Part shown: positions 1 through 9,686 of the stretch, piece after piece
Numbering within the stretch: the stretch's first letter is position 1
Layout: every line of letters starts with the position of its first letter
From: Phycisphaerae bacterium
GTDB taxonomy: Bacteria > Planctomycetota > Phycisphaerae > UBA1845 > Fen-1342
NCBI GenBank assembly: GCA_050115495.1
Contig: JASFQK010000003.1
Coordinates: forward strand, 128,001 to 192,000
Direction: 5' to 3'
DNA length: 64,000 nucleotides
Made by a program: the position numbers and the translations under genes
The notes under the pieces: generated by a model
What the model was told of the DNA's origin: nothing
Databases searched by the model: none
What the model saw: only the letters and a program-made list of their open reading frames with translations

Positions 1-1147
1 CCGCGCCGGCTACACGTGCCACCGTGCGGCCGGTCGGCTTCCAGCGCTCCAACCCGCCGGCCGCCAGCGCCACGATCGCAGCGACGATTGCCATGCTCGG
101 CACATACAGGAAACGGTCAGCAACCAGCGAATAGGCCATGTAGTAGAAATTGATGAACCCCAGAACCGGGCCCAGCGTGACAGCGAAGCACAGCACGGCG
201 AGCAGCGGGCCGATCCCCACGCGTCGCCGCAGTAGCCACAGCGCCGGCAGCAGCACGACCGCCGCTGCGGGATAGAGGTACTGCACCCAGTTCGCCGCGT
301 CGATCGCCCAGCGCGGATAGATGAACGACAACCCCGCGGGCCAGACGACCCTGCCGACGTAGAACCAGAAGGCCTGACCGGCGATGAGGATACGCTGCGG
401 CAGCGACAGCTCGGCGCCCCACTGCTCGCGCCCGATCTCGACGAGTGTCGATTCGAACCAGATCGTGACGCACGCCATGGCCGCCCCGAGCACCAGGAAC
501 GGTACGACCCGCAGTACATCCCGCGCGGTCAGCCGCCGGTGTTGCCACCAGATCAGCAGAACCAGTACCACGGGCAGCGTTACCGTCACCGTCTTGCTCA
601 GTAGGGCGGCCAGGAAAGCAGCGCAACTCAGCCCGTAATAGAGCCAGCGGCGCGGCGGACGCTCGTTCGCAGCGTCGTCCCCCGCGAAACGCAGGTACGC
701 GAGGATGGCGAGCAGGTAGAAGAGCGTGGATAGCACATTCCGCCGCTCTGTGACGAAGGCGACGCTCTCCACGTTGGCCGGATGGATGGCGAAGATGGCG
801 GCGGCGAGCCAGGCGCCGGGCACGGCCAGTCGTCGCAGCACCAGCCACAGCAGCAGAGCGTTGGCGGCGTGCAGCAGCACATTGACCACGTGGTAGCCCA
901 GCGGCTTCACGCCCCAGAGCTGATGCTCGATCCAGAACGTCGTGAAGGTCAGTGGGTAATAGACACCCTGCTCTTCGGGATGGCCGAACCAGATGCGCCA
1001 CAGACCTTCGGCCTTCTTCAGCCGCTGGTTCTCGAGCAGGTGCGTGTTGTCGTCGGAGACGAAGTTGCCCCGCCGCACGGGCGCGTAGGCCGCTACGACC
1101 AGGGCGACCAGCGCGAGGGCGGCAAGCAAACGACAGGGTCCGGACAT
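1..1147 (-). CDS. TMTC-like GT-C membrane glycosyltransferase (protein O-mannosyltransferase-like); 3' end runs off the window
   Basis: Manual translation from ATG 1147: MSGPCRLLAALALVALVVAAYAPVRRGNFVSDD...YYPLTFTTFWIEHQLWG...GYHVVNVLLHAANALLL...FAIHPANVESVAFVTERRNVLS, typical TMTC motifs. Absent from the ORF track because no stop lies in the window. Confidence 0.8.
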   Translation of the reverse strand, partial: MSGPCRLLAALALVALVVAAYAPVRRGNFVSDDNTHLLENQRLKKAEGLWRIWFGHPEEQGVYYPLTFTTFWIEHQLWGVKPLGYHVVNVLLHAANALLLWLVLRRLAVPGAWLAAAIFAIHPANVESVAFVTERRNVLSTLFYLLAILAYLRFAGDDAANERPPRRWLYYGLSCAAFLAALLSKTVTVTLPVVLVLLIWWQHRRLTARDVLRVVPFLVLGAAMACVTIWFESTLVEIGREQWGAELSLPQRILIAGQAFWFYVGRVVWPAGLSFIYPRWAIDAANWVQYLYPAAAVVLLPALWLLRRRVGIGPLLAVLCFAVTLGPVLGFINFYYMAYSLVADRFLYVPSMAIVAAIVALAAGGLERWKPTGRTVARVAGA

Positions 1148-1364
1148 GGCGGGCGTACGTGCCTCCAGAGAGAGTGAGGTCCGCTCGGGCTCCGTCAGCC
1201 GCGGGGCGGAGCGTCCGCGAACCGGACGTTTGCGGGGCAGTATACCACGTCGCGAGGATGTCAGGACGTGGCCAATGCGGTTTGCGACGGTGGCCTCGCG
1301 CGCTATGATACGAGTGTTGTCGCTGGCGATGGGCGCTGGGCGGCGAGAAGCCGATAACGCGGAC

Positions 1365-2780
1365 ATGAACGGGAGAGGCACGTTGCGACTCAGCATCGGG
1401 CTTTGGTTGGTGTTGGCCGCGCTGGTGATCGCCGGCTGTGACCGCAAAGAGCCGCCGGCACCATCTGCCGCGTCACGACCGTCGGGACCGAACGTCCTCT
1501 GGATCGCCGTCGACACCCTGCGGGCGGACAAGCTGGGCTGCTACGGCGGCACCGGCGGGCTGACGCCGAACATCGACGCTCTCGCCGCCGAGAGCCTCCG
1601 TTTCGAGCACGCGTACGGGGCGGCGCCCTGGACGCTGCCGTCGTTCGCCACCATGTACACGTCGCAGGCACCCGTGCAGCACGGGGCCGACGGGCGGATG
1701 GACAAGGACTGGACGCTCAAGATCAACGGCCTGCGCAGTGGGGCGCGGACCGTCGCCGAGTGCTTCCACGATGCCGGCTATGCCACCGCATCCGTGATCA
1801 ACGTCGACTGGCTGACGAAGTCGTTCGGCATGACGCAGGGGTTCGCCAACGTTGATTTCGAGGTGTACACGGACAACGTGCACGTGCGGCCGGCGGTGCG
1901 CACGACCGATGCGGCCCTCAAGTGGTTGAACGAGCGGCCGGCCGGGCCGTTCTTCCTGCTCGTGCACTACTTCGATCCGCACCTCGTGTACGACCCGCCG
2001 TCGCCGTTTCGCGAGCGTTTCGCCGCTCCGCCCGACCGCCAGCCGAGCGAGAAGCCGTTCGGCACGGCCAAGCAGATTTTGCGCTATCGGCAGGGAAAGA
2101 TCGGTCTAGAGCCGGACATGATCCGCCGCAGCGAGAAGCTCTACGACGGCGAGGTGGCCTACACGGACAGCGAGGTCGGCCGGCTGCTGGCGGCCGTCGC
2201 GGAGATGGGCCTGGCGGACGACACGATCGTCATCTTCGTCGCCGATCACGGCGAGGAGTTCTACGACCACAACGGGTTCGAGCACGGTCATACGTTGTAT
2301 AACGAGCTCGTGCACGTGCCGCTGATGATCCGCTGGCCGGGGCACGTCGCTCCCGGCGAGGTCGGCGCGACCGCTTCGTTGATGGACGTGGCCCCGACGT
2401 TGTGCGCCCTCAGCGGCGTCACGCCGGAGCCGACCTTCACCGGACGCGATCTGCTCGCGCTGCGGGACGAGCCCGTCGAGCGCCCGCTCCTCATGCACGG
2501 CAACCTGTGGGGCCCGGCGCACTGGGGTTGGCTGCAGGATGGCTACAAGCTGATCCGCACCGGCGACGGGCAGGTGCTGCTGTTCAACATTCGCGAAGAC
2601 CCCCACGAACAGAACAACCTCGCCACCGCCGAGCCCGAGCGTGTGCAGCAGATGAGCGAGGACATGCGGCTGGCCTACGAGGCGGCGGTCGCCGGGGCGC
2701 AGAACGCCCCGGCGGATTCCGGCGTGAACCTCACGCCCGAGCAACTGGAGCGGCTGCGCTCACTGGGGTACGTGGAATGA
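1365..2780 (+). CDS. Sulfatase-family (alkaline phosphatase superfamily) lipoprotein
   Basis: PNVLWIAVDTLRAD, WTLPSFATMYT, HYFDPH, ADHGEEF, C-terminal LRSLGYV; lipobox LVIAGC. Start placed at ATG 1365. Confidence 0.85.
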   Translation: MNGRGTLRLSIGLWLVLAALVIAGCDRKEPPAPSAASRPSGPNVLWIAVDTLRADKLGCYGGTGGLTPNIDALAAESLRFEHAYGAAPWTLPSFATMYTSQAPVQHGADGRMDKDWTLKINGLRSGARTVAECFHDAGYATASVINVDWLTKSFGMTQGFANVDFEVYTDNVHVRPAVRTTDAALKWLNERPAGPFFLLVHYFDPHLVYDPPSPFRERFAAPPDRQPSEKPFGTAKQILRYRQGKIGLEPDMIRRSEKLYDGEVAYTDSEVGRLLAAVAEMGLADDTIVIFVADHGEEFYDHNGFEHGHTLYNELVHVPLMIRWPGHVAPGEVGATASLMDVAPTLCALSGVTPEPTFTGRDLLALRDEPVERPLLMHGNLWGPAHWGWLQDGYKLIRTGDGQVLLFNIREDPHEQNNLATAEPERVQQMSEDMRLAYEAAVAGAQNAPADSGVNLTPEQLERLRSLGYVE

Positions 2781-4282
2781 GCCGTCGCCGACGGAAGACG
2801 CCGCCGGAGACGCGCGAGCCGCCCCGTCGCCGCTTGCCGTTGCTGATCGGGCTCGTCGTAGTCGTCGTCATCGCGGTCGGGGCGACGGTGCTGTGGCTGA
2901 ACCGGCAGCCGGCGTATACCGGACCGGCTCGCCACGTGATCGTCATCTCCCTCGACACCACCCGGGCGGACTACCTCGGCTGCTACGGCCATCCGTGGAT
3001 CAAGACGCCGAACCTGGACAAGCTCGCCGGCGAGTCCATTCTGCTGACCGACTACCTGACCGCGGCGACCACCACGCTCGCCTCGCACGTCTCGCTGCTC
3101 ACCGGCAAATACCCCCACTCACACGGCGTACCGCGCAACGGCTTCATGGTCAGCCGCGACAACGTCATGCTGCCGGAGCTGCTGCACGAAGTCGGCTTCA
3201 CGACGGCGGGGTTTATTGCCTCGTTCTCCCTGGACCAGCGGTTCGACTTCGCCCAGGGGTACGACCACTGGGATCAGCAGTACGAGATCCGCGTCGGCGA
3301 CAGCGGGGCGGACCAGAACCAGCGCCGGGCGGACGCGGTCACTGATGCCGTGCTGAGCTACCTCGATCAGCAGGGCGTGCCCGAGCACCTGTTCCTGTTC
3401 GTGCACTACTTCGACCCGCACCTGCCCTACACGCCGCCGGCACCGTATGACCGCGAGTACCTGTCGCGGGTGCCGGAGGTCAAGCTGCGCCCGGACGTCT
3501 ACCCGGAGCTCTCCAACCCGCGGACGCGGCGGGCGGCGCAGCTCTCGGTGACGCAGCACGCCGGCGAGATCTCGTACATGGACGAGCACCTCGGCCGGCT
3601 GCTCGACGAGCTTCGCCGGCGGGGCGTGCTCGATGATGCGCTGCTCGTATTGACCAGCGATCACGGCGAGAACCTCGGCGACGCGCCGGGGACGCTGTTC
3701 GACCACGGCTGGACGGTATACCAGACCGAAGCCCACTGCGTCGGCATGATCCGCCTGCCCAAAGCGGCGCAGGCCGGCACGCGTTGCGAAGCGCTCGTCG
3801 GCAGCCCGGACCTATTACCAACGATCACCACATACCTCGGCCTCACCACACCGGCCGGCGTCGACGGCGAGCCGCTCGATCTGGCGCACCTGCCGGCGGC
3901 GGACGTCGTGCGTCCTCGTTTCTCCGAAGCGACGAAGCCGTGGGAAGAGGTCGAGACGGATCCGCGCTGGCTGAACGCCCGCAAGGCCTGTTGTGTCCGC
4001 AGCGGGCCCTACAAGTACATTCGCACCGACTATCGCAATCTGGTGGAGTTGTACAACCTCGCGGCGGACCCGCAGGAGCGGAAGAACCTGCTCGCCGGCC
4101 CGCAGAGCGAAGCGACGGCAACGATCGCCGCGGACCTCGCCCGCCTGCTCGACGCCTGGTGCGCGGCGGCTGCGCCGCTGCCGTCGAGTTTCGAGCCAGG
4201 CCAGATGTCCGAAACCATGGCCCGTCTCCGCTCGCTCGGCTACCTGGGGCCGGAGCCGGAAGAAGACGACGGCAACAAGTAG
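2777..4282 (+). CDS. Sulfatase-family membrane-anchored protein
   Basis: ATGA overlap with upstream stop; N-terminal TM helix; ISLDTTRAD, TTLASHVSLLTG, HYFDPH, SDHGE, LRSLGYL. Confidence 0.85.
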   Translation: MSRRRRKTPPETREPPRRRLPLLIGLVVVVVIAVGATVLWLNRQPAYTGPARHVIVISLDTTRADYLGCYGHPWIKTPNLDKLAGESILLTDYLTAATTTLASHVSLLTGKYPHSHGVPRNGFMVSRDNVMLPELLHEVGFTTAGFIASFSLDQRFDFAQGYDHWDQQYEIRVGDSGADQNQRRADAVTDAVLSYLDQQGVPEHLFLFVHYFDPHLPYTPPAPYDREYLSRVPEVKLRPDVYPELSNPRTRRAAQLSVTQHAGEISYMDEHLGRLLDELRRRGVLDDALLVLTSDHGENLGDAPGTLFDHGWTVYQTEAHCVGMIRLPKAAQAGTRCEALVGSPDLLPTITTYLGLTTPAGVDGEPLDLAHLPAADVVRPRFSEATKPWEEVETDPRWLNARKACCVRSGPYKYIRTDYRNLVELYNLAADPQERKNLLAGPQSEATATIAADLARLLDAWCAAAAPLPSSFEPGQMSETMARLRSLGYLGPEPEEDDGNK

Positions 4283-4299
4283 GGTGGGTTCCACCCGCC
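4279..4299 (+). repeat. GTAG-type REP-like palindrome
   Basis: GTAGGGTGGGTTCCACCCGCC; related copies at 16640-16659 and 16670-16690. Confidence 0.55.
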
Positions 4300-4380
4300 G
4301 ATTCGTCGCGGCTGCCGGGTGCTGCTGGCGGACGTGGGCGAGCCTTGCGCTTTGGGCCGGAGGGGGCGTCTCTCGGTTTC

Positions 4381-4481
4381 CAACGCCGCCCCGCCCGCTG
4401 GTGTCTCTTCGGTGGTGGACCCGCCACGTATCTCGCGTCGCCGCTTTCGAAGGCTGGTGTGGCATAGGCCAATGGCCTGTG
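4381..4481. repeat. Left copy of ~100 bp inverted repeat (29 bp perfect core 4453-4481)
   Basis: GCTGGTGTGGCATAGGCCAATGGCCTGTG is the exact reverse complement of 7451-7479; flanking 4381-4444 aligns imperfectly with 7486-7550. Confidence 0.8.
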
Positions 4482-4626
4482 ATCTTCATGCGGGGGCGGG
4501 GGTCAAGAGTCTCAAGGGGCTCATGCTGGCGCGCGCCGTAAATGAGACTCTTGGCGGTTCGGTGGCGGCGGTGGGGCGTTGCGGGAGGCGCTGGGTTGAG
4601 CGGGTGTGTGTTGGTCATTGTGGGCG

Positions 4627-4693
4627 AGCCATCAGCCTTCAGCCGTCAGCCTTCAGCAACAAGCCTTGAGCCTTGAGCCTTGAGCCGTGAGCC
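4627..4693 (+). repeat. Heptamer short tandem repeats (AGCCNTC / AGCCTTG)
   Basis: Directly visible; the 31 nt at 4627-4657 are identical to 20271-20301. Confidence 0.8.
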
Positions 4694-4861
4694 GGAAACG
4701 GTTGCCTGCAAGCCTGACACACAGGCGGTCATCCATGGTCAGTATAGGACACGAAGACGCGCGGCGACGGAGGGGTGGGGGGGATTGGCGGAGTCTGGCG
4801 CGTTCTGGCGGATTCTGGCGGGGATTGGGCGGGATGTGGTGGGCGCGAAGGGTGGCGGCGT

Positions 4862-7238
4862 TCACGCCTTGAGCCGCGCGCGAATAGCGTCTACGTAGGC
4901 AGCGTCCTTCTCGGCGTCGGGGTGCCCGACCTCACGCTCGTAGTCCACGCAGACTTGCATCAGCTCGATCGCCCGGGGCGAATCGCCGAGCTTCTCGCAC
5001 GCCAAACCCGCGTTCCAGGAGGCAACGGCCTCGCCACGCCGATCGCCGATCTCGCGGGCGATGGCCAGTTGCTGCTCGTAGAACGTGATGGCCCGGCGGG
5101 GCTCGCCCAAGGCGGCGTAGGCGATGCCCAGGTTGCCCAAGGCGGTGGCCTCGCCCCGCCGGTCGCCGATCTCACGCATGATTCTCAGTTGATGCTCGCA
5201 GAACTCGATGGCTCGGCGAGGCTCTCCCAAGGCGGCGTAGGCGATGCCCAGGCTGCCCAAGGCGTTGCCCTCGCCGCGCCGGTCGCCGATTTCGCGTGTG
5301 ATCGTCAGTTGTTGTTCGTAGAACTCGATGGCGCGACGGGGCTCGCCCAAGCTGTAATAGGCGTTGCCCAGGTTGCCTGAGTCGGCGCCCTCGCCGCGTC
5401 GGTCGTCGATCTCGCGATCAATCGCCAGGGCCTGCTCGTAGACCTCGATGGCCCGGCGGGGCTCGCCCAAGTCGGCGTAGGCGAGACCAAGGCTGCCGAG
5501 ATGCACGCTCTCCGCGCGCCTGTCAGCGAGTCGCCGGGCAGCGGAGAGGGCTGCTTCACGCCACACGATCTGCTTGCGGCCATGTTGGCGTAGATCGAGG
5601 CAATAGGCACCGGCGTTTGGGTAGTCGCTGCACAGGCGCGCGGCCGCATCATCCGCGGCGGCATGCGCCTGGGCCCAGGCGAACCCGGCTGCGATGTTCG
5701 GCCACTCCACGTCGAACAGCGCCAGTCCCTTGGTCACGCCTTCAGCGCTGCCGAGGTAGAGACGCTTGGCCGCCGCGGCGACTCCGTAGTAGTGCGCCGC
5801 GTGACGCTGCTGGGCCGCCGACCGCTCGTCATCCGCGAGTTGCTCGCCGGCGTAGAGGCGGACGAGGTCGTGCAGCCGGTAGCGTCCAGTGGCTTCGTTC
5901 AGATTGAGCACGCTGTAGTGCAGCAGATCGCCGAGCATGTTCTGCGCGCGGTCCGTCTCCACGCCCCAGACGGCCGCCGCCGCTGGCAGGTCGAACGTGC
6001 CGGGGAAGATGGACAACGCATACCATGCACGACGCAGTTCATCCGGCAACGGCGCGTCGCTCAAACGAAGCGAGGCGGCCACCTTGTCCAGGTGCTTGAG
6101 CCGCTGCTGTTCGTCGGTCAGCCGGCGCACGTAGTCGTCGGGCGACAGGTTTCGCCGTCCGGCCAGCGCGCTGCCGGCCAGCCGCAGGGCCAGCGGCAGA
6201 CAGCCGCATAGCTCCGCGATCTGCTCCGCAGCATCGCCGATACGCGGGCAGATGCGCAGCAGCAGGTCGCGTGCGTCCTCCGGTGACAACGTATCCAGGT
6301 TCTTCACATACAGACCGGGTAACGTGAACTGCTGCCGCGATGTGACCAGCAGCACGCACCCCGCCGGCGGTGGCGCCAGCGGCTCAAGCTGCTCCGCTTC
6401 GGCGGCGTTGTCCATCAGCAGAAGGACACGCTTCTCGTGTAGCGTGGAGCGGTAGAGCCCCTGTAAGGCCGACACGTCGTCCGGCAGCTTCGCCTCAGGT
6501 GTGAAGCTGAGAATCACGTGCCGCAGTGCGTCGGCCGGCGACACCGGCGTTTCCTGCGTGCCGCGGAGATCGAGGTAGATCTGTGCGTCGGGGTGCTGGC
6601 CGTCCAGCCGCTCGGCGAGCGCGAAAGCCAATTCGGTCTTGCCGATTCCGCCGAGCCCTTGCACGCCGGTGATGGCCACGCCGCCGGATTGCAGCTTTTC
6701 GAGCAGCTCGTCGATTTCGGCGGTGCGGCCGGTGAAGTCCGTCACGGGGGGGGCGGAGTTGGTGCAGGGTCTGAGTGGGGAGGTCGAACGAGTAGTGGTG
6801 CCTGAAGATATCCGGGTGTTGGCCGTACAGGGTGAGGATGTCATCCCAGAAGGCGACTTCCACGGTGAAGGGCTTGCGTTCATCCTCGTTGAACTGCCGG
6901 ACGAATGCCTGGATCGTTGCGTCACGGGGGGCCGTAGTAGCCAGAATGAAGCGAGCGATGCGAGGCTCGAACTGGGTGGCCTTCTTGATTTCGCCCCGTA
7001 GTTCCTTCTCTGCGGCGGCAGCGCTGAGATTGCCCTCGTGTAGCTTGCATTGGACGCCGTGATAGTCGTCGCCATGCGGCTGGCCGTAGATGTCCACGCC
7101 GTGCTGCGGCTGGCCGGTGCGGCCGTGCATGGAGGCTCTGGTTCCCCAGTAAGCCTCGTATAGATCGCGCATGTTGCGTTCGAAGCGCTGCCAGTTTTTC
7201 GGCGGTGGGACCTGCATGGAAGACGAACGAACACCCAT
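4862..7238 (-). pseudogene. Mrr/PD-(D/E)xK-like nuclease + NB-ARC (STAND) NTPase + TPR protein, split by a 1-nt frameshift in a C8 tract (6746-6753)
   Basis: N-part: PPPKNWQRFE...GRTGQPQHGVDI...QCK. C-part in another frame: DFTGR, Walker A GLGGIGKT, LLLMDNA, VTSR, GCLPLAL, LHDLVR and 40-aa TPRs. A C7 tract gives the continuous reading LHQLRPPVTDFTGR. Confidence 0.8.
5000..5520 (-). repeat. About four 120-bp (40 aa) TPR coding repeats
   Basis: Units of the form GDRRGEGxxLGNLGxAYxxLGEPRRAIEFYEQQLxIxREI repeated in the translation. Confidence 0.8.
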
Positions 7239-7359
7239 GAGAGACCTGCCCTCAGATCGCCCCGCGTGGTCGAAGCAGAATGACAATCGTCCCGGAAGAT
7301 AGGCCCTGCCGACCCGCGGCTCGGCGAAGGGTAGTGTAGCGTGTTTGTGCGGGGAGGGA

Positions 7360-7396
<37 letters not shown>

Positions 7397-7450
7397 GTTG
7401 CGGGGCGGGAGTGGGGAGGGGGGCGTGGGGTTGCGCCGCGGCGGGTGGAA

Positions 7451-7550
7451 CACAGGCCATTGGCCTATGCCACACCAGCGGCCACGCGGCGATGCGAGAG
7501 ATCAGGCCGGCCCCGCGGCGAAGAGACACAGGCGGATGGGGCCGGGTTGC
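7451..7550. repeat. Right copy of ~100 bp inverted repeat
   Basis: See 4381-4481. Followed by further REP-like palindromes, e.g. CACTGGTGGGCAAGCCACCAGTG at ~7556-7578. Confidence 0.8.
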
Positions 7551-7746
7551 GCCGGCACTGGTGGGCAAGCCACCAGTGGCACCCGGCGCTGCGCGAGAGA
7601 GGAGAGCAGGAGAGAGTGGAGAGTGGAACGGGAGATTGCGCGGTGTGGGTTGGGCGGGGAGCGCGGGAGTGGTGACCCACCGGATGCAATCCGGTGCCAC
7701 AACAGGAGACCGGACGGTGTGGGACGGCCGGCACGGAGACCGGCCG

Positions 7747-9207
7747 CTACGGCGTGTCGCCAAGGCGGGGGCGTTCGAGACGGTTGACGACTACGGCGCC
7801 GATCGCGTCGCCCAGGACGTTCGTCGACGTGCGGAACATGTCCAGAATGGCGTCGACCGCGAAGATCAGCGGGATGTAGTAGATAGGCAGGTTCACCGCG
7901 CTCGCCACAATCACCATCGTTACCAGACCGGCGTTGGGAACCGCCGCCGCACCGATCGAGGCCAGGACCGCCGTGATGAAGATGAGAAACGTCGTCATCG
8001 CCGTCAGGGCAATGGGTACGTCGTCCAGGGCGCCGAAGATCTGGATCAGGAAGATGACGGCGACGCCTTCGTAGAGCGCCGTGCCGTCCATGTTCATTGT
8101 CGCCCCGAGCGGCAGCGAGAAGTTCGCCACCTTCGGCGAGACGTTCAGGTTCTGCGTGACGTTGGTGATCGTCACCGGCAGCGTCGCCGCACTGGACCGC
8201 GTGGAGAAGGCGATCATCCACGCTTCGCGGATACCGCGCCAGAGGTTCCAGGGCGATACGCCGCCAACGACGGCACAGATCGCCAGCAGGGCGCAGATGT
8301 GCACGAGAATGCCGCCGATGACGGTTGCGCAATACCAGCCGAGCGACGTGAAGACCCCCGGTCCCGTGTCGGCGACGAGCTGGGCGACGATACATCCAAT
8401 AGCCACCGGCGAGATCTGCATCAACCAGTGCGTGATGCGCATCATCACCGCGTTGAGCCCCTGGAAGAACGAGATGACCGGACCGGCGGAACTGCCCACG
8501 ATCGTGCAGGCCACGCCCAACAGCAGGGCGAAGAAGATAATGCCCAGCGCATTCGGCGGATCGGCGGCCAGCGATGTGAACGGGTTCATCAGCAGCGGGC
8601 GGATGATGTCGTTGGTGAAGATCTCGCCGGGCTTGCGGCCCTCGGCGCCGGTGATGGTCTCAATTTTGGACTCGTACCGTGAGCTCTCCTGGCCGGCGGC
8701 GAGACGCTTCTCGCCACGGAGCCAGGCGACGTACTCGGGCCGCGGCGTCTGGCGGGCGTCGAGGGCCGGGCGGCCGGCGATCGTCTCGTACTTCGTGCGG
8801 TACTCGTCCTGCTTGGCCTGGGCCTTGGCGCGAATCTCCCGTGACGCCGGCTTGTCGCCCGGTTGAATGATCAGCACGGCAGCGAGCCCGATGGCCACCG
8901 CCACCGTCGTCGTGCTGAAGTAGTACAGGAGCGTTTTCCAGCCGATCGCGCCGAGCTCTCTCATGTTCGGCAGACTGGTCACGCCGGCGACGATGCTGGC
9001 CAGGATCAGCGGGGCGATGATCATCTTCAGCGCCCCCATGAACAGCGTCGGCCCGAGTAGGTCGAGCAGCCACATCACATAGCCGTACCAGCCCGGCGGC
9101 GCCGCGGCGTGCGGGTCGTTCGGATCGTGGACCAGGTACAGCGCGTAGCCGACCACGAGGCCCATCACCATAGCCAGGAAGATCAGGTTGTGGAGCTTGA
9201 AGCGCAT
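7747..9207 (-). CDS. Dicarboxylate/amino acid:cation symporter (DAACS/GltP family)
   Basis: AFSTRSSAATLP, LPLGATMNMDGTALY, DMFRTSTNVLGD motifs. Confidence 0.92.
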   Translation of the reverse strand: MRFKLHNLIFLAMVMGLVVGYALYLVHDPNDPHAAAPPGWYGYVMWLLDLLGPTLFMGALKMIIAPLILASIVAGVTSLPNMRELGAIGWKTLLYYFSTTTVAVAIGLAAVLIIQPGDKPASREIRAKAQAKQDEYRTKYETIAGRPALDARQTPRPEYVAWLRGEKRLAAGQESSRYESKIETITGAEGRKPGEIFTNDIIRPLLMNPFTSLAADPPNALGIIFFALLLGVACTIVGSSAGPVISFFQGLNAVMMRITHWLMQISPVAIGCIVAQLVADTGPGVFTSLGWYCATVIGGILVHICALLAICAVVGGVSPWNLWRGIREAWMIAFSTRSSAATLPVTITNVTQNLNVSPKVANFSLPLGATMNMDGTALYEGVAVIFLIQIFGALDDVPIALTAMTTFLIFITAVLASIGAAAVPNAGLVTMVIVASAVNLPIYYIPLIFAVDAILDMFRTSTNVLGDAIGAVVVNRLERPRLGDTP

Positions 9208-9282
9208 GAGACCCTCGCCGGGAGAAGCAGGTGATTTGCGAAGTCTAGCCGCCTGGGCCGACGCTGTCAGCGCCGCGCCGCG

Positions 9283-9681
9283 TCACGGGCGCTCATCCGC
9301 CGGCACTTCGATCAGGTCGAAAGCGTTGCCGTCCGGGTCGGCGAGCGTGACCATGCGCAGGCCTTCGTAGGCCTCGATCTCGCTCTCCTGTCGGCCGCCG
9401 CGCTCGAGCAGACGTACCAGCACGGCGTCGAACTGATCGGTGGTCACGTCGAAGGCGACGCCGGGCAGCGTGCCCGGCTCCGGCCGCGTACCGGGTGCCC
9501 ACGGGGCGACGGGAGCCAGCAGCCGCAACGACGGCCCGCCGTCGGGGAAGTCCAGCCGAGCTGAGGCGGCGTAGCGGCTGCTCTGCCGCTCGGCGACGGA
9601 CAAACCGAGGCCCTCGGCCCAGAAACGGAGTCCCGCGTCGAAGTCGCTGACGTAGACGTGGATGTCGCCGATGCCGAGCAT
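9283..9681 (-). CDS. VOC/glyoxalase family protein
   Basis: IGDIHVYVSDFDAGLRFW...LGL and LADPDGNAFDLIE. Confidence 0.8.
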   Translation of the reverse strand: MLGIGDIHVYVSDFDAGLRFWAEGLGLSVAERQSSRYAASARLDFPDGGPSLRLLAPVAPWAPGTRPEPGTLPGVAFDVTTDQFDAVLVRLLERGGRQESEIEAYEGLRMVTLADPDGNAFDLIEVPADERP

Positions 9682-9686
9682 GGCGC

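Noticed and set aside
4690..4775. Possible PIN-toxin C-terminal remnant (CPILTMDDRLCVRLAG) on the minus strand
   Set aside because: Too short to support by eye; would need an HMM search.
5000..5520. Regular 120-bp repeats as a possible CRISPR array
   Set aside because: They are in-frame TPR coding repeats with no unique spacers. No cas genes or repeat-spacer array were seen anywhere in the window.
6760..7234. N-terminal ~160 aa of the 790-aa ORF in the track
   Set aside because: S/T/R-rich off-frame reading; the credible N-terminus is the nuclease frame starting at 7238.
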